From Myxococcota bacterium (GTDB lineage Bacteria > Myxococcota_A > UBA9160 > SZUA-336): a stretch of DNA of 64,000 bases. Both the position numbers and the translations under genes were made by a program. Under the pieces are notes generated by a model. It did not search any database. It was not told the origin of the DNA and was given only the letters and a program-made list of their open reading frames with translations. The stretch covers positions 1,664,001-1,728,000 of the forward strand of contig CBDFGR010000002.1 in assembly GCA_965247115.1 (NCBI GenBank), in the 5' to 3' direction. Positions 1 to 10,225 of the stretch are shown here, one piece after another (the first letter of the stretch is position 1; each line of letters opens with the position of its first letter).

Positions 1-419
1 TCAAACGCACGGGCGAGCGGCTGCCCCGGGATCACCTCGGCCATGGCGATTCCGAATACGGGTGCGGTCAGGGTCAGGCCCACCCAGAAGCGGCGCGTCA
101 TGTCCTCGAGCTCGGGGTTCGACCCGTCCCCGTCGACGCTCGCCACGATCGGTTCGAGCGCCATGCCGCAGCTGGGACAGATTCCCTGGCCGCGCTGTCG
201 GACCTCGGGGTGCATCGGGCAGGTGTACTCGGCGGCGGGGTCCTCGCTGGAGTGCAGCGAGCGCTCTCCGACGTACCCCTCAGGGTCCTGACGAAACCTC
301 TCCAGACAACCCTCGCTGCAGAAGCCGTACCGCTGGCCCCGGTACTCCTGTCTTCGCTCGGTGTCGAGGGCGACCTGCATCCCGCAAACCGGGTCCCGCT
401 CGCTCGTCAGGCTCTCCAC
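1..419 (-). CDS. Heavy-metal (Cu/Ag) P1B-type ATPase, N-terminal part (runs off the window)
   Basis: Not in the ORF track. Manual translation from GTG 419 gives YHS domain RDPVCGMQV...YGFCSEGCLERF, then YTCPMHPEVRQRGQGICPSCGMALEP and NPELEDMTRRFWVGL. Confidence 0.9.
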   Translation of the reverse strand, partial: MESLTSERDPVCGMQVALDTERRQEYRGQRYGFCSEGCLERFRQDPEGYVGERSLHSSEDPAAEYTCPMHPEVRQRGQGICPSCGMALEPIVASVDGDGSNPELEDMTRRFWVGLTLTAPVFGIAMAEVIPGQPLARAF

Positions 420-619
420 GGCTTCGAACTGTACACTCGAGCCGGAAGATATGCCCCGATCGAGTACTGAGCCACAGGGCGCACCGCCTGCTCGCTCGGG
501 ATGGACGCCTCTGCCGAGCGAGCCTGGACCAGGTACGTGATCAGCGCGTTCGCCGTTCCCACCGAGGTCCTGGCGAGGAGGATGTAGAGGAGCTGGCGGG
601 ACCCGATACGTACCGCAGC

Positions 620-1906
620 GTGGGGGACGAGCACAGGACGCTGCGGTACATGACTCGCTTTCGATGCATTGGTGTCGAGTGTGAGGATACCTGTTGCGAG
701 TACTGGCACATCGACATAGACAAATCGAGCTACAAGAGGATCAGGCACGCCATGAACGGCTCGCCTGGGGAACGAAAGACATTCTCCGAGGCCGTCGTCC
801 GTTCTCGCCAGGCCGTCAAGAGCAAGGGCGCCTATGCAGAGCTCGGACTCAGACAGGACGGGTCGTGCAGGTTTCTGACTGAAGAAAAGCAGTGCTCCCT
901 CCATTCCCGGTACGGTCCGAGCATTCTTCCCGACGTCTGCGCCTCCTACCCGCGGGTTGCCCAGCGGGTTGGTGATCGGATCGAGCTCTCCGGAAGGCTG
1001 AGCTGTCCGGAGGTGGCGCGCCTCTGCCTGCTTGCGGATGACGCCCTCGAGATGGAGCGCCTCGAGCCATCGCTCATGGAGGGGCATCGCGTCCGACACA
1101 AGCCCCTGCAGCTGAATCCGGAGCTCCCTTATCAAGCCGCGTTCGAGGCCGTTCGCGAGCTGGCAGTCATGCTGCTGCGGACCCGGTCGTACCCGCTGTC
1201 TTCTCGGCTGTTCTTCATCGGGTCCTTGGCCCTGCGCACGGATCCTCATTTCCGCGACCTCGAGGCGCTTGGTACAGAAATCGAACGTCTCTGCGATCCT
1301 CACGCGCTCGAGCGGCTGCATGAGCAACTGGCGGAAACCACGACGGGCGATCACGGCACGATGTACATCGTAGGTCGTAGCCTCATGGATCTACTGAACG
1401 ACGTGAGGCACCCGACCCTACGACGAGTGATTACGCGGGCCTTTGCAAGCTACGCCGGCGTCGCCGCCGGAGCAATCGAAGCGGAGGTAACGCCCGAGTC
1501 CTCCTTGAGTGTTAAGGAGGCGGAGTCCGCCTACCTGCGACGCAGACAAACGTATGCGGCGTTGCGCGATCGAATCGAGCGCTACTTCGAGAACTACGCG
1601 CTCAACTACTTCATGACCGAAGCGTACGTACGCTCGCCGTCACTCCTGGACCACCTGGAGAAGCTGCTGATGCGCATGGTGATCCTCCACGTGCTCCTGA
1701 TGGGTCACCCCGAGCTGCACCAGGCCTTCCTGGAGTCTGATCGACAGGTGACCCTCACGACTCTGGATCGAGCGGTGGTTGAGACCGTCTATTCGTTTAG
1801 CCGCGGGATCGAGCACGACCCGAGCTGCGTCGCCAGCATGCACAGAGCCTGGGAGGCAGTGCCGAGTCCGGAGCGTCTCCATCGCCTGTTGGAGCTTCTC
1901 GGCTAG
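620..1906 (+). CDS. fliB: Flagellin lysine-N-methylase (FliB family)
   Basis: Cys-rich motifs FRCIGVECEDTCC, CRFL...CSLH, PDVCASYPR, LSCPEVARL. Start GTG 620 or ATG 650. Confidence 0.82.
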   Translation: MGDEHRTLRYMTRFRCIGVECEDTCCEYWHIDIDKSSYKRIRHAMNGSPGERKTFSEAVVRSRQAVKSKGAYAELGLRQDGSCRFLTEEKQCSLHSRYGPSILPDVCASYPRVAQRVGDRIELSGRLSCPEVARLCLLADDALEMERLEPSLMEGHRVRHKPLQLNPELPYQAAFEAVRELAVMLLRTRSYPLSSRLFFIGSLALRTDPHFRDLEALGTEIERLCDPHALERLHEQLAETTTGDHGTMYIVGRSLMDLLNDVRHPTLRRVITRAFASYAGVAAGAIEAEVTPESSLSVKEAESAYLRRRQTYAALRDRIERYFENYALNYFMTEAYVRSPSLLDHLEKLLMRMVILHVLLMGHPELHQAFLESDRQVTLTTLDRAVVETVYSFSRGIEHDPSCVASMHRAWEAVPSPERLHRLLELLG

Positions 1907-4314
1907 ACGCTGAGATCTATGAGGAGACCGTTCGTCTGCCCCGAAGTGGGGCGGAGGGCGTCCTTGAACATGTCCTCGAGCTCCCTCACCGTCTCGATGA
2001 GCGATACCACGAGCCCCTCTTTCTTCCCCTGCGAGTCCCCCCGAAACAGGAAGTCCGAGAGCTCCGCAAGATCCTCCTCGAGCGCGTTCGCCAGCTTGCT
2101 ATCGCTGTAACCGAAGACGCCGTCTTGCCCTTCGCGGAAGTCGAAGTCGATTCCGAAGCGCGAACGCAGCTTGTACTCGCCGGTCTCTCCCAGGATCTTC
2201 GAGAAGGAATCCGAGATCGTGCCCGCTAGCGCCTGCTCGATGGCCGGCCGCAGCTCCGCATCCAGACCCTCGAAGCTGTTCTCGAAGATCTCGTCCAGCT
2301 CGCTGCCGAACCGCTCGAGCTCGCGCTCGAAAGCGACGGGCTCCTCGAGGGCCCTTCCACCAGCGCCGTCCGAGGGTGGGGCCTTGAACGTGCCGTCCGT
2401 GATGTTCAGGGCGCTGAAGAAGTTGCTCGTTCCGCCATCCAGAACGAGGTCCGCGCTCGTCGATTGCGAGACGATAGTCACCAGGTTGCTGCTCTCTTTG
2501 TACGAGGCCGTAACACCGGCCCCCGAGCTGTTGATCCGTGCGATCACGTCGTTGAGGGAGTCCGTGCCGACGTCGACCGCGATGGAGACCCCATTGACCT
2601 CGAAGTTCCCGTTGCTGGCTTCCGACAGGTCCGCCACGGTGGAGATGGTCCGGTCGGAGTCGTGGCCCTCTCCGCCCGCGATGGTTGTCGGAGCGTCGAG
2701 CTTGGTCGCCGCCAGGAAGCCGGAGATGTCGTTCTCGAGCACCACCGACTTGAAGGAGCCAGCTGTTTGTTGCGTGACGACGACCTTGTCGCGCGCCGCG
2801 TCGAAACTGGCCGTGACCCCAGCTCCTGCGCTGTTGATTTTACCTGCCACGCTGTTGACCGTGTCGTCCGCGGCCACGTTGATGGTGACGCCGTTCACGT
2901 CGAACGAGCCCGCCGTGACGGAGAGGCCGGAGTCAAACCTGGGATCCTGATCGAGGGTTCCGTTGAAGGGGTTGTCGGGGTCGAGAGCCGTGCCCACGCT
3001 GGTGGAGACGCTGACGGTGAAGTCCTCGTTCTTCTTCAGGTAGCCCGCGTCGAACTGGAGCGTGAGGCCGTTGTTGAGGGTGAGCTCCGTGTTGGCGGGC
3101 AGGCTGTCGAAGTCCAGGTTCTGGATCGTGACAAACGATTCGTCACGAATGTTGATCCGGATCCGGCCGGAGTCACCGACGTTCCGATTGTCCCGGATCC
3201 GGAAGAGGAGATCCTGGTCTCCCTGGTCGCCATCGTAGATGCCGCCGATGATGGGCCGGGCCGTCGTCTGGGGGGAGCCTTGGTTGATGGTCGGCAGGAC
3301 CGGCGTGAAGGAGGTTGGCGTCGTGTTGACCTCTTCTCCGGACTCCGCGGCGGCGAACTGGGCCGACCCGGTCGGTGTGGCGCCGGCCAGCTTCGTTGCC
3401 GCGAGGAAACCCGAGGTATCGTTCCCGACCACGAGTCCTGCGCCGGCTGTGTTCTCGGTCAGTACGACCGAGTCGGTTGCGGCATCGAAGCTCGCCGTTA
3501 CGTCGGCAGCCGACGCCGTGATCTTGGCGACCACGCTGTTGATCGAGTCGTCCGCGGCGACGTTGATGGTTACGCCGTTCAGGTCGAACGAGCCCGCCGT
3601 GACGGAGAGGCCGGGCTCGAACTTGGGATCCTGATCCCGCGTCCCGTTGAAGGCCTTCGTCGGGTCGACATCCGTCCCCACACTGGTGGAGACATCGACG
3701 TAGAAGTTCTCGTTCTTCTTCAGGTAGCCCGCGTCGAACTGGAGCGTGAGGCCGTTGTTCAGCGTGAGCTCCGTGTTGGCCGGCAGGCTGTCGAAATCCA
3801 GGTTCTGGATGGTCTTGTTGGCCTCATTCCGGATGTTGATCCGGATCCGGCCCGAGTCGCCGATGTTCCGGTTGTCGCGCACCCGGAACTTGAGCTGCTG
3901 GTCGCCCTGGTCACCGTCGTAGACGCCCCCGATGACGGGCTGGGCCGTCGACTGGGGGCCGTCGAAGGTCGGCAGGACGGGCGAGTAGGAGGTCGTCGCC
4001 GTGTTGACCTCTTCGGTGGACCGGAGCGTGGCAATGGTCGGCGCTTCGCGGACCAGAGCGATGGCCGTGCTCGAGGCCGCCTTCGCGGGGTCGGCGGGTC
4101 CGGCCAACGCCTTATCTGATCTGCCTGTCTTCTCCAGCCGCTCGAGGGAGGCGCGGAGCTTGCCGAGCTGCGAGAGGACGTTCTTGAGAGCCTCCGGCGT
4201 CGAGCCGGGCTCGTCCTTTTGCTCCGGGCGCGTTCTGGTCCGGACGCGCAGCTCTGCCAGCTTGATCTGTTGGGGCAGCAGAGCCGCAAGTCGTGGGGGG
4301 ATCGAGCCGAGCAT
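1903..4314 (-). CDS. FliD-like / flagellar hook-associated protein with an internal ~210-aa duplication
   Basis: Flagellin-IN-like segments (DSLNDVIARINSSGAGVTAS) and a FliD_C-like tail (GIDF...DSKLANALEED...FLF...GLV). No canonical FliD N-terminus seen. Confidence 0.7.
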   Translation of the reverse strand: MLGSIPPRLAALLPQQIKLAELRVRTRTRPEQKDEPGSTPEALKNVLSQLGKLRASLERLEKTGRSDKALAGPADPAKAASSTAIALVREAPTIATLRSTEEVNTATTSYSPVLPTFDGPQSTAQPVIGGVYDGDQGDQQLKFRVRDNRNIGDSGRIRINIRNEANKTIQNLDFDSLPANTELTLNNGLTLQFDAGYLKKNENFYVDVSTSVGTDVDPTKAFNGTRDQDPKFEPGLSVTAGSFDLNGVTINVAADDSINSVVAKITASAADVTASFDAATDSVVLTENTAGAGLVVGNDTSGFLAATKLAGATPTGSAQFAAAESGEEVNTTPTSFTPVLPTINQGSPQTTARPIIGGIYDGDQGDQDLLFRIRDNRNVGDSGRIRINIRDESFVTIQNLDFDSLPANTELTLNNGLTLQFDAGYLKKNEDFTVSVSTSVGTALDPDNPFNGTLDQDPRFDSGLSVTAGSFDVNGVTINVAADDTVNSVAGKINSAGAGVTASFDAARDKVVVTQQTAGSFKSVVLENDISGFLAATKLDAPTTIAGGEGHDSDRTISTVADLSEASNGNFEVNGVSIAVDVGTDSLNDVIARINSSGAGVTASYKESSNLVTIVSQSTSADLVLDGGTSNFFSALNITDGTFKAPPSDGAGGRALEEPVAFERELERFGSELDEIFENSFEGLDAELRPAIEQALAGTISDSFSKILGETGEYKLRSRFGIDFDFREGQDGVFGYSDSKLANALEEDLAELSDFLFRGDSQGKKEGLVVSLIETVRELEDMFKDALRPTSGQTNGLLIDLSV
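2698..4014 (-). repeat. Intragenic tandem duplication (units about 3388-4014 and 2698-3336)
   Basis: Both units run EEVNT...FLAATKL and share the block IQNLDFDSLPANTELTLNNGLTLQFDAGYLKKNE. Confidence 0.92.
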
Positions 4315-4356
4315 GTGGCGCCTCCGTGCGCGAGTGGGACTCTGCCTTCAGTGTCC

Positions 4357-4498
4357 CTTTCGGCACGGGTGCGTCAGGAGTGAAGTCTGCCGCTCACCTG
4401 CGTACGCGTGTGCACGGGCTGCGCAAGACTTGCCGGACGTGCTGCAGAATGGTCAGGCTGACAGCGCGCCTCAACTCGTGACGCCGCACGGCCGATCG
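4357..4498. promoter_or_regulatory. Candidate divergent sigma28 (FliA)-like promoters
   Basis: Minus 4384-4357 TTCACTCCTGACGCACCCGTGCCGAAAG and plus 4471-4498 TCAACTCGTGACGCCGCACGGCCGATCG resemble each other and TAAA-N15-GCCGATAA. Confidence 0.4.
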
Positions 4499-4517
4499 CT
4501 GGCCTGGAGGGTTCGGC

Positions 4518-7331
4518 GTGCGCGCTCTGCGACTTCCCGTGCTCTATCTGCTCTTCCTTGCCTCCGGTGTGAGCGGGCTCGTCTACCAGGTGATCTGGGT
4601 GCGCCAGCTCGGTCTGGTCTTCGGGACCACCGTGGGCTCGGCGTCGCTGGTGACCGCGGTCTTCATGAGCGGGCTGGGGCTCGGGAGCTACCTCGCGGGT
4701 CGTTGGATCGACGCGGCGCACGCTCGCTCCCCGACGCTGCCACTGCGCGCGTATGGGCTCTTCGAGCTCGGCATTGCCGGGCTCGGACTGTGTCTTGTCG
4801 TCGCTCTGCCCACGCTTCAGGAGCTGGCCCCGGTGCTCGCCGACTACCGCGTCGACGCCTCCGGCTGGCATGTGCTCTCGGGCGGATCGCGTGCGCTGCA
4901 GTACGGCATCGCCTGCGCCCTGCTTCTGCCGCCGACGCTGCTGATGGGCGGCACACTCACGCTCTTGATCCGCTTGCTGCTCGTGTCTGACCTGAAAGCG
5001 GCAGGCTGGCGCACCGGCGTGCTCTACGGCTTCAACACGGCTGGGGCGGCACTCGGCGCCCTGCTGGCGGACTTCGTGCTGGTGCCCGAGCTGGGGCTGC
5101 TACGCACGCAGCTCGGCGCGGTGCTCCTCAACGCCTGCGCTGCGGTCGGCGCCCTCGTGCTCGCACGTCACTGGTCTCCACTCGGTGCCCTGCCACCTAC
5201 GGGGCCGGAGCTCGCCGGGGAGCGAGAGCCCTCGGGAGAGAATCGCGTACTCGTCCTCACCGCGTGCGCCATCGGGTTGTCGGGATTCGCAGCCATGGGC
5301 ATGGAGATGCTCTGGTTCCGCCACCTCATCTCGTTGCTCGGCGGCTATCGCTCCACCTTCTCGGCCCTGCTCGCGGTGATCCTCGTGGGCATCTGGCTCG
5401 GCTCGCTGGGAGCCGGCTGGTGCGAACGACGTTGGGGTCGACCGGCGCGACTCTACATGCTCTCGCAGGCGGGCTTCGCGGTGAGCGCGCTGGCGCTGCT
5501 CGCGCTCTACGATGGTCGGGAGGCACGCGCTCTCGACAGCGCCTGGCTGGCGACGCTCCTACCCATGCTCGCCCTCGCAGGACTTCCAGCGCTGCTCATG
5601 GGCGCCGCCTTTCCGCTCGCAAACGCGCACGTGCAGCGGAGCGTGGCGCACATCGGTCGACGTGCGGGGCTCCTCTATCTCGCGAACACACTTGGCAGCG
5701 TCGCGGGCGGTCTTGCTACGGGATTCTGGCTGCTGCCGTCCGCCGGAGTGCAGGGCAGCGCGTTGCTGCTCGCTGCGCTCGGCCTGGGAGCGGTCGTGCC
5801 TCTGGCTCTCTCGGTTCGCAACGAGCTCGACCGCCCAGCCCGCTTGACCCTGCTCGGTGTTGCGATGGGAGCTCTGTGCGTCCTGGCCCTATACGCACGA
5901 CTGCCCATGGAGTATCTGAGCCTACGCGTGCTCGACCGCGAGCTGCTCGCGACCAGCCGCCTCGTCGCCATCGGCGAGGGTCAGGTCGAGACGGTCGCCG
6001 TGCTCGAGTCGATGGAGGGCGAGCGTGCCCTCTACACCAACGGCCACAACATGTCCGGGACCGGTTTGGCGGGACAGCGCTACATGCGCGCCTTCGCCCA
6101 CGTCCCCCTGCTGCTGAGTGAGTCGCCAAGGGACGTCCTCGTGATTTGCTTTGGCGTGGGCAACACGGCACATGCCGCGTCGCTGCATCCCAGTCTGGAA
6201 AGGCTCGAGATCGCGGACCTGTCGCGCAACGTGCTCGAGCACGCCCCCTACTTCCGGCGCTGGAATCATGACGTTCTGCTGGATCCGCGCACCTCGATTT
6301 TCGTGAACGACGGCCGTCACCACCTGCGAGGTCAGCCGGAGGAGAGCTACGACCTGGTGACGATGGAGCCGCCGCCCATCGCCTACGCCGGCGTCGCCTC
6401 GCTGTACTCCCGCGAGTTCTACGAGCTCGTGCGCAGCCGACTCAAGCCCGGTGGCTTCACCACGCAGTGGCTGCCCGTGTACCAGGTCTCGCCAGAGGTC
6501 TCGCGTGCGCTCGTCCGTGCCTTCGTCGACGTGTTTCCGGAGGCCGTGCTGTTCGCCGGCGCCGGCTCCAATCTGATCCTGCTTGGACAGCGAGGCAAGT
6601 TCGCAAACGTCGATCCCCGGCAGCTCGCCGCTCGCATGCGGGAAAGGCCCGCGGTAGCGGGCGACCTGCGACGCATCCTGATGGGGTCGCCGACCGAGAT
6701 TCTGGGCGCCATCGTGGCCGCGGGCAGCTCGTTGCGCGCCGCGGTGGAGGGCGTCGAGCCAGTCACCGATGACCTGCCGCTCCTCGAGTACGGTGTCCAC
6801 GCCGGGCGCCACGTCGTGCGGCTGCCGCGCGAGCTCTTCGCTTTCTCGGGTGTCAGAGACATCTGCCCGACCTGTGCGAGCGCGACCGAGGTGGCCGGGC
6901 TCGCTGGACACCAGAGCGTGATGCGCGCCGTTCATACCAGCGAGAGCTTTCTCCGAGGGCGCGAGCCGAGCGCGGCGGAGTCCGGACTACCAGAGGACCT
7001 GCTGAAAGAGCCCGGAGTGCTGGCCGCGCTTCGCGACAGCCCGTACCTGCGCCTCCTGAGCTCGCCGCACGAGGCCAAGTACGAGCGGGCCCTGCGTGCC
7101 TACATGTCGGGAGATCCAGAACGGGCCGCCGAGCTGCTCGAGCAGCTGCTCGTCGAGAGCCCCGTACACGCCTTTGCGCACAGGGACGTGGGACGGGCGC
7201 GGCTGGCTGCTGGCGACTTCGAAGCGGCCGCCGAGGCGTTCCGGGCCGCCCTGCGTCTCGACCCCAGCGACGGGCAGGCGGGTTCGGGACTGGAGCTGGC
7301 TCTCAGGGGTGAGCTGCAAAGCGCTCGGTGA
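4518..7331 (+). CDS. Fused membrane / spermidine synthase-like protein with C-terminal TPR
   Basis: SGVSGLVYQVIWVR membrane repeats, SAM-type motifs VLVICFGVGNT and NDGRHHL...YDLVTMEPP, TPR-like tail. Confidence 0.85.
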   Translation: MRALRLPVLYLLFLASGVSGLVYQVIWVRQLGLVFGTTVGSASLVTAVFMSGLGLGSYLAGRWIDAAHARSPTLPLRAYGLFELGIAGLGLCLVVALPTLQELAPVLADYRVDASGWHVLSGGSRALQYGIACALLLPPTLLMGGTLTLLIRLLLVSDLKAAGWRTGVLYGFNTAGAALGALLADFVLVPELGLLRTQLGAVLLNACAAVGALVLARHWSPLGALPPTGPELAGEREPSGENRVLVLTACAIGLSGFAAMGMEMLWFRHLISLLGGYRSTFSALLAVILVGIWLGSLGAGWCERRWGRPARLYMLSQAGFAVSALALLALYDGREARALDSAWLATLLPMLALAGLPALLMGAAFPLANAHVQRSVAHIGRRAGLLYLANTLGSVAGGLATGFWLLPSAGVQGSALLLAALGLGAVVPLALSVRNELDRPARLTLLGVAMGALCVLALYARLPMEYLSLRVLDRELLATSRLVAIGEGQVETVAVLESMEGERALYTNGHNMSGTGLAGQRYMRAFAHVPLLLSESPRDVLVICFGVGNTAHAASLHPSLERLEIADLSRNVLEHAPYFRRWNHDVLLDPRTSIFVNDGRHHLRGQPEESYDLVTMEPPPIAYAGVASLYSREFYELVRSRLKPGGFTTQWLPVYQVSPEVSRALVRAFVDVFPEAVLFAGAGSNLILLGQRGKFANVDPRQLAARMRERPAVAGDLRRILMGSPTEILGAIVAAGSSLRAAVEGVEPVTDDLPLLEYGVHAGRHVVRLPRELFAFSGVRDICPTCASATEVAGLAGHQSVMRAVHTSESFLRGREPSAAESGLPEDLLKEPGVLAALRDSPYLRLLSSPHEAKYERALRAYMSGDPERAAELLEQLLVESPVHAFAHRDVGRARLAAGDFEAAAEAFRAALRLDPSDGQAGSGLELALRGELQSAR

Positions 7332-8457
7332 GCAGCTCGAAGTGCTCGAGGAACGCGCGGAACTGCCGCTTCTTGTCGAATTGCTCCACCATGAACGTTC
7401 TCGCACGCTCTGACATGCGGCGGTACCCATCTCGGTCCGACCAGACCCGGTCGATCGCGTTCGCCAGCGCAGCCTCGTCACCCGGCTCCACCGTGTACCC
7501 CGTCTCGCCTTCGAGGACGACTTCGGACACGCCAGCCAGCTGGCTCGCGACGACGGGCACCGACATGGACATCGCCTCGAGCAGTACGTTGGGCAGCCCC
7601 TCTTTGTACAGGCTCGGCAGCACCAGCACGTCGAGCAGCTCGAAGACGTGGACGGGCTCCGACGTGAAGGGGAAGAGGTGGACCGCGTCGTCGAGCCCGA
7701 GCTCCGCGACCTTCTCTCGCAGCATGGCCTCGTCCGGTCCGTCTCCCACCAGGACCAGGTGAGCGTCTGGCTGTCGCGCGCGAAGCCTCCGCAAGGCCTC
7801 GAGCAGCACGGCCTGTCCCTTGCGGGGTTCGAACGAACCGACCGAGCCGAGGACCGGACCAGCACTCTCCGGGAGGGGGTAGCGCGCTCTGGCGACGGTC
7901 TGGCGCTCCGAATTTCGCGTGAAGCGGTCTACATCGGTGCCCTGGTAGACGAGCCCCACGTCCGTCTCCGGGATGTCGTAGGTCTGGATGAGGGCCTCGC
8001 GCGTGAAGCGCGTGATGGCGATCACGGCATAGTGGATCTCCGGATCGGGAGCGTAGAAGCGCCGCTCGTACTCGGGGACGATCGTGCCCGTCTTCGGCAC
8101 GAGGATCGTGTCGAGAGCAGCCTCGCGCAGACAGCGCGCAGCGAAGACCGAGCAGTGAAAGCCGTCGCGAGGAGGATGAACGGTGCAGACGGCCACGTCA
8201 CAGCCGCGCATCGCCTCGCTCCAGATCTCCCGATACGGTCCGCTCGCCGCGTCATCCTGGGCTGCGGCCGAGATACCCGACCAGTCGTAGGTGACGACTC
8301 GAACGTCGAGCCCGCTGCACTCTCGGGCCACATAGCCGGTCTCCGGCGTGAGTACGGTCACCTCGTGCCCGGCACCCGAGAAGCTCTGCGCGGCCTCCGT
8401 CACCCAGATCTGGGTGCCCCCGTGCAGGTCCGTGTCTTCGATGAAGCAGATGTGCAT
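7303..8457 (-). CDS. Glycosyltransferase family 4
   Basis: VGSFEPRKGQ and PSLYKEGLPNVLLEAM motifs. Confidence 0.9.
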   Translation of the reverse strand: MHICFIEDTDLHGGTQIWVTEAAQSFSGAGHEVTVLTPETGYVARECSGLDVRVVTYDWSGISAAAQDDAASGPYREIWSEAMRGCDVAVCTVHPPRDGFHCSVFAARCLREAALDTILVPKTGTIVPEYERRFYAPDPEIHYAVIAITRFTREALIQTYDIPETDVGLVYQGTDVDRFTRNSERQTVARARYPLPESAGPVLGSVGSFEPRKGQAVLLEALRRLRARQPDAHLVLVGDGPDEAMLREKVAELGLDDAVHLFPFTSEPVHVFELLDVLVLPSLYKEGLPNVLLEAMSMSVPVVASQLAGVSEVVLEGETGYTVEPGDEAALANAIDRVWSDRDGYRRMSERARTFMVEQFDKKRQFRAFLEHFELLTERFAAHP

Positions 8458-8458
8458 G

Positions 8459-10192
8459 CTAGGTCGTCCTCATCAGGTGCTCGAGCAAGTCGTGGAAGCT
8501 CGCCCGCAGAGTGGCCATCCCGTAGCGGCCGTGCGCGGCGCGCCGTCCGACCGCGAGCGAGGCCGTTCTGCTCGCCGGATCCCACAGGCAATCCGTCAGC
8601 GCCGCAAGCGTGGGTGCATCGACCACGTCCGCCGGACCCTGCAACTCGGGGAACGGGAGAACCACAAGGCGCTGATCGGGTGAAAGATGCGCCCCGACTA
8701 CGTCGTCGAACACCTCGGTGGGCGCGTAGCGGCTGCAGACGATTGGAACGCCGACAGCGTTCGACTCCACGATGGGCAGTCCACGACCCTCGGTTTCGCT
8801 CGGCAGCAGCACGAGGTTGGCCATCCGATAGATCCCGCAGATGTCGAGCGCCGAGAGCCCCGACCTCGAGAGCGCAGGGTGATCCTCAAGCCCGACGGAG
8901 AAGGCGAGGAACAGCCGCTCCGCGCTCCCGTCTGGGAGCCGCGCGCACAGCTCTGTGTAGCTGCGTATCACGCTGCGAAGATCGGCCTCGTGCTCGATCG
9001 GGACGGGCCCCGTGATGTGGAGTGTTAGGGTCGTGTTCGGATCGGCCTCGAAGCGGCTGCGGAAGGGCTCGTGCTCGAGCAGCGCCCCCACCAGCCACCA
9101 ATCGCGCTCGATGCGCTTGCGGGCGATGATCCGCGTGGGCTGAAGCAGGTACAGGGCCCGCTCGCTCGTGATGTCGAGCTCCAGCCCCCCGCGGATGCCG
9201 CACACGACCGGCACTTGATTCCCCATCCAGCTCGGGAGCCCAGCGACATGCTCCTCGACCGAGACGGGCTGGATCGTCGGGTGTCCGTCGGAGAGGATGT
9301 AGGCCATCCGCGCTCGGGCGGAGCGTCGAGCATCCCGATCCCACGGCGAGAAGAAGTCTTCGGAAAGCCCGGTGCCGAGCTCGGAGACGCGCTCGCTCGC
9401 CAGACCGTACTCCTCTACGAGCCGCTGCGACTGAAGGCGGTTGATGTTGACCTGCAGCCAGCGTCGACCATTCCAGGGCAGGAGCGCCTGGAAGACGCGG
9501 AAGAAGGCGCGATTGGAGCGGTTTCGAAAGAAGTGGTCGCGCAGCCCGGGCCCCACGCCGGCGCTCTGTTCCGTCGCAGGGCGCCCACCCTCCCAGTAGA
9601 AGTCGTGGTTCGAGTTGATGACGTAGCTGCCGCTGAGCTCGGAAGCCACCACGAGGGCGAGGGCGTAGGCGAGATTTCCCGGGTTCGAATTGACGTTGAC
9701 GACGACCAGCAGGCGGATGTCATGCTCGCGCAGGTACTCGTAGAGCGAGCGAGTGAGCGCGAGGGCCTGGCGCCAGATCTCCGTCGCCAGCTGCGCGGAG
9801 TCTGCGCTGCCTTCCGCCATCTCTTCGTAGAAGAGCTTCTCGAACCAGGCCCCGTGTTCCCACTTTGCCCAGCCGTTCGCGTTGTGGAGTTGGCAGCGCA
9901 GCCAGCGCTCCGAGACGACCGAGTCCGCCTGCGGATGGAAGTCCCCTCCGATCAGATGAATCGTGGGCGTGACGCCCTGCTCCAAGGCCAGCGCCTCGAG
10001 GCAGTGCGCGTACTTGCCGATCTCGATCGAGACGCCGTCGATCCCGTAGTCGAAGGTCGCGAAGGCCGCGCTTCGGGCGAGCTCTTCTCCGCCTGCGCGG
10101 GGTACGTCGACGGCACCGAGCCCGGAGAGGACCGTGCCGATGTCTTCCCAGCTCGTGACCGAGAGCTGCTCGAGCTGTTCGAGCGTTGCCAC
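8459..10192 (-). CDS. GT-B glycosyltransferase resembling mannosylglucosylglycerate-synthase-like enzymes
   Basis: GIDGVSIEIGKY, NHDFYWE, QPTRIIARKRIE and PSETEGRGLPIVES motifs. Confidence 0.7.
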   Translation of the reverse strand: MATLEQLEQLSVTSWEDIGTVLSGLGAVDVPRAGGEELARSAAFATFDYGIDGVSIEIGKYAHCLEALALEQGVTPTIHLIGGDFHPQADSVVSERWLRCQLHNANGWAKWEHGAWFEKLFYEEMAEGSADSAQLATEIWRQALALTRSLYEYLREHDIRLLVVVNVNSNPGNLAYALALVVASELSGSYVINSNHDFYWEGGRPATEQSAGVGPGLRDHFFRNRSNRAFFRVFQALLPWNGRRWLQVNINRLQSQRLVEEYGLASERVSELGTGLSEDFFSPWDRDARRSARARMAYILSDGHPTIQPVSVEEHVAGLPSWMGNQVPVVCGIRGGLELDITSERALYLLQPTRIIARKRIERDWWLVGALLEHEPFRSRFEADPNTTLTLHITGPVPIEHEADLRSVIRSYTELCARLPDGSAERLFLAFSVGLEDHPALSRSGLSALDICGIYRMANLVLLPSETEGRGLPIVESNAVGVPIVCSRYAPTEVFDDVVGAHLSPDQRLVVLPFPELQGPADVVDAPTLAALTDCLWDPASRTASLAVGRRAAHGRYGMATLRASFHDLLEHLMRTT

Positions 10193-10225
10193 CGTGCGGA
10201 TGGTAACCGAGTCCCCTCGAGGATA

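Noticed and set aside
2464..4119. Long antisense and alternative-frame ORFs here and throughout (e.g. 33743-35386, 60914-62797)
   Set aside because: They are shadows of real genes in high-GC DNA, with Arg/Pro/Ala-rich translations and no family motifs.
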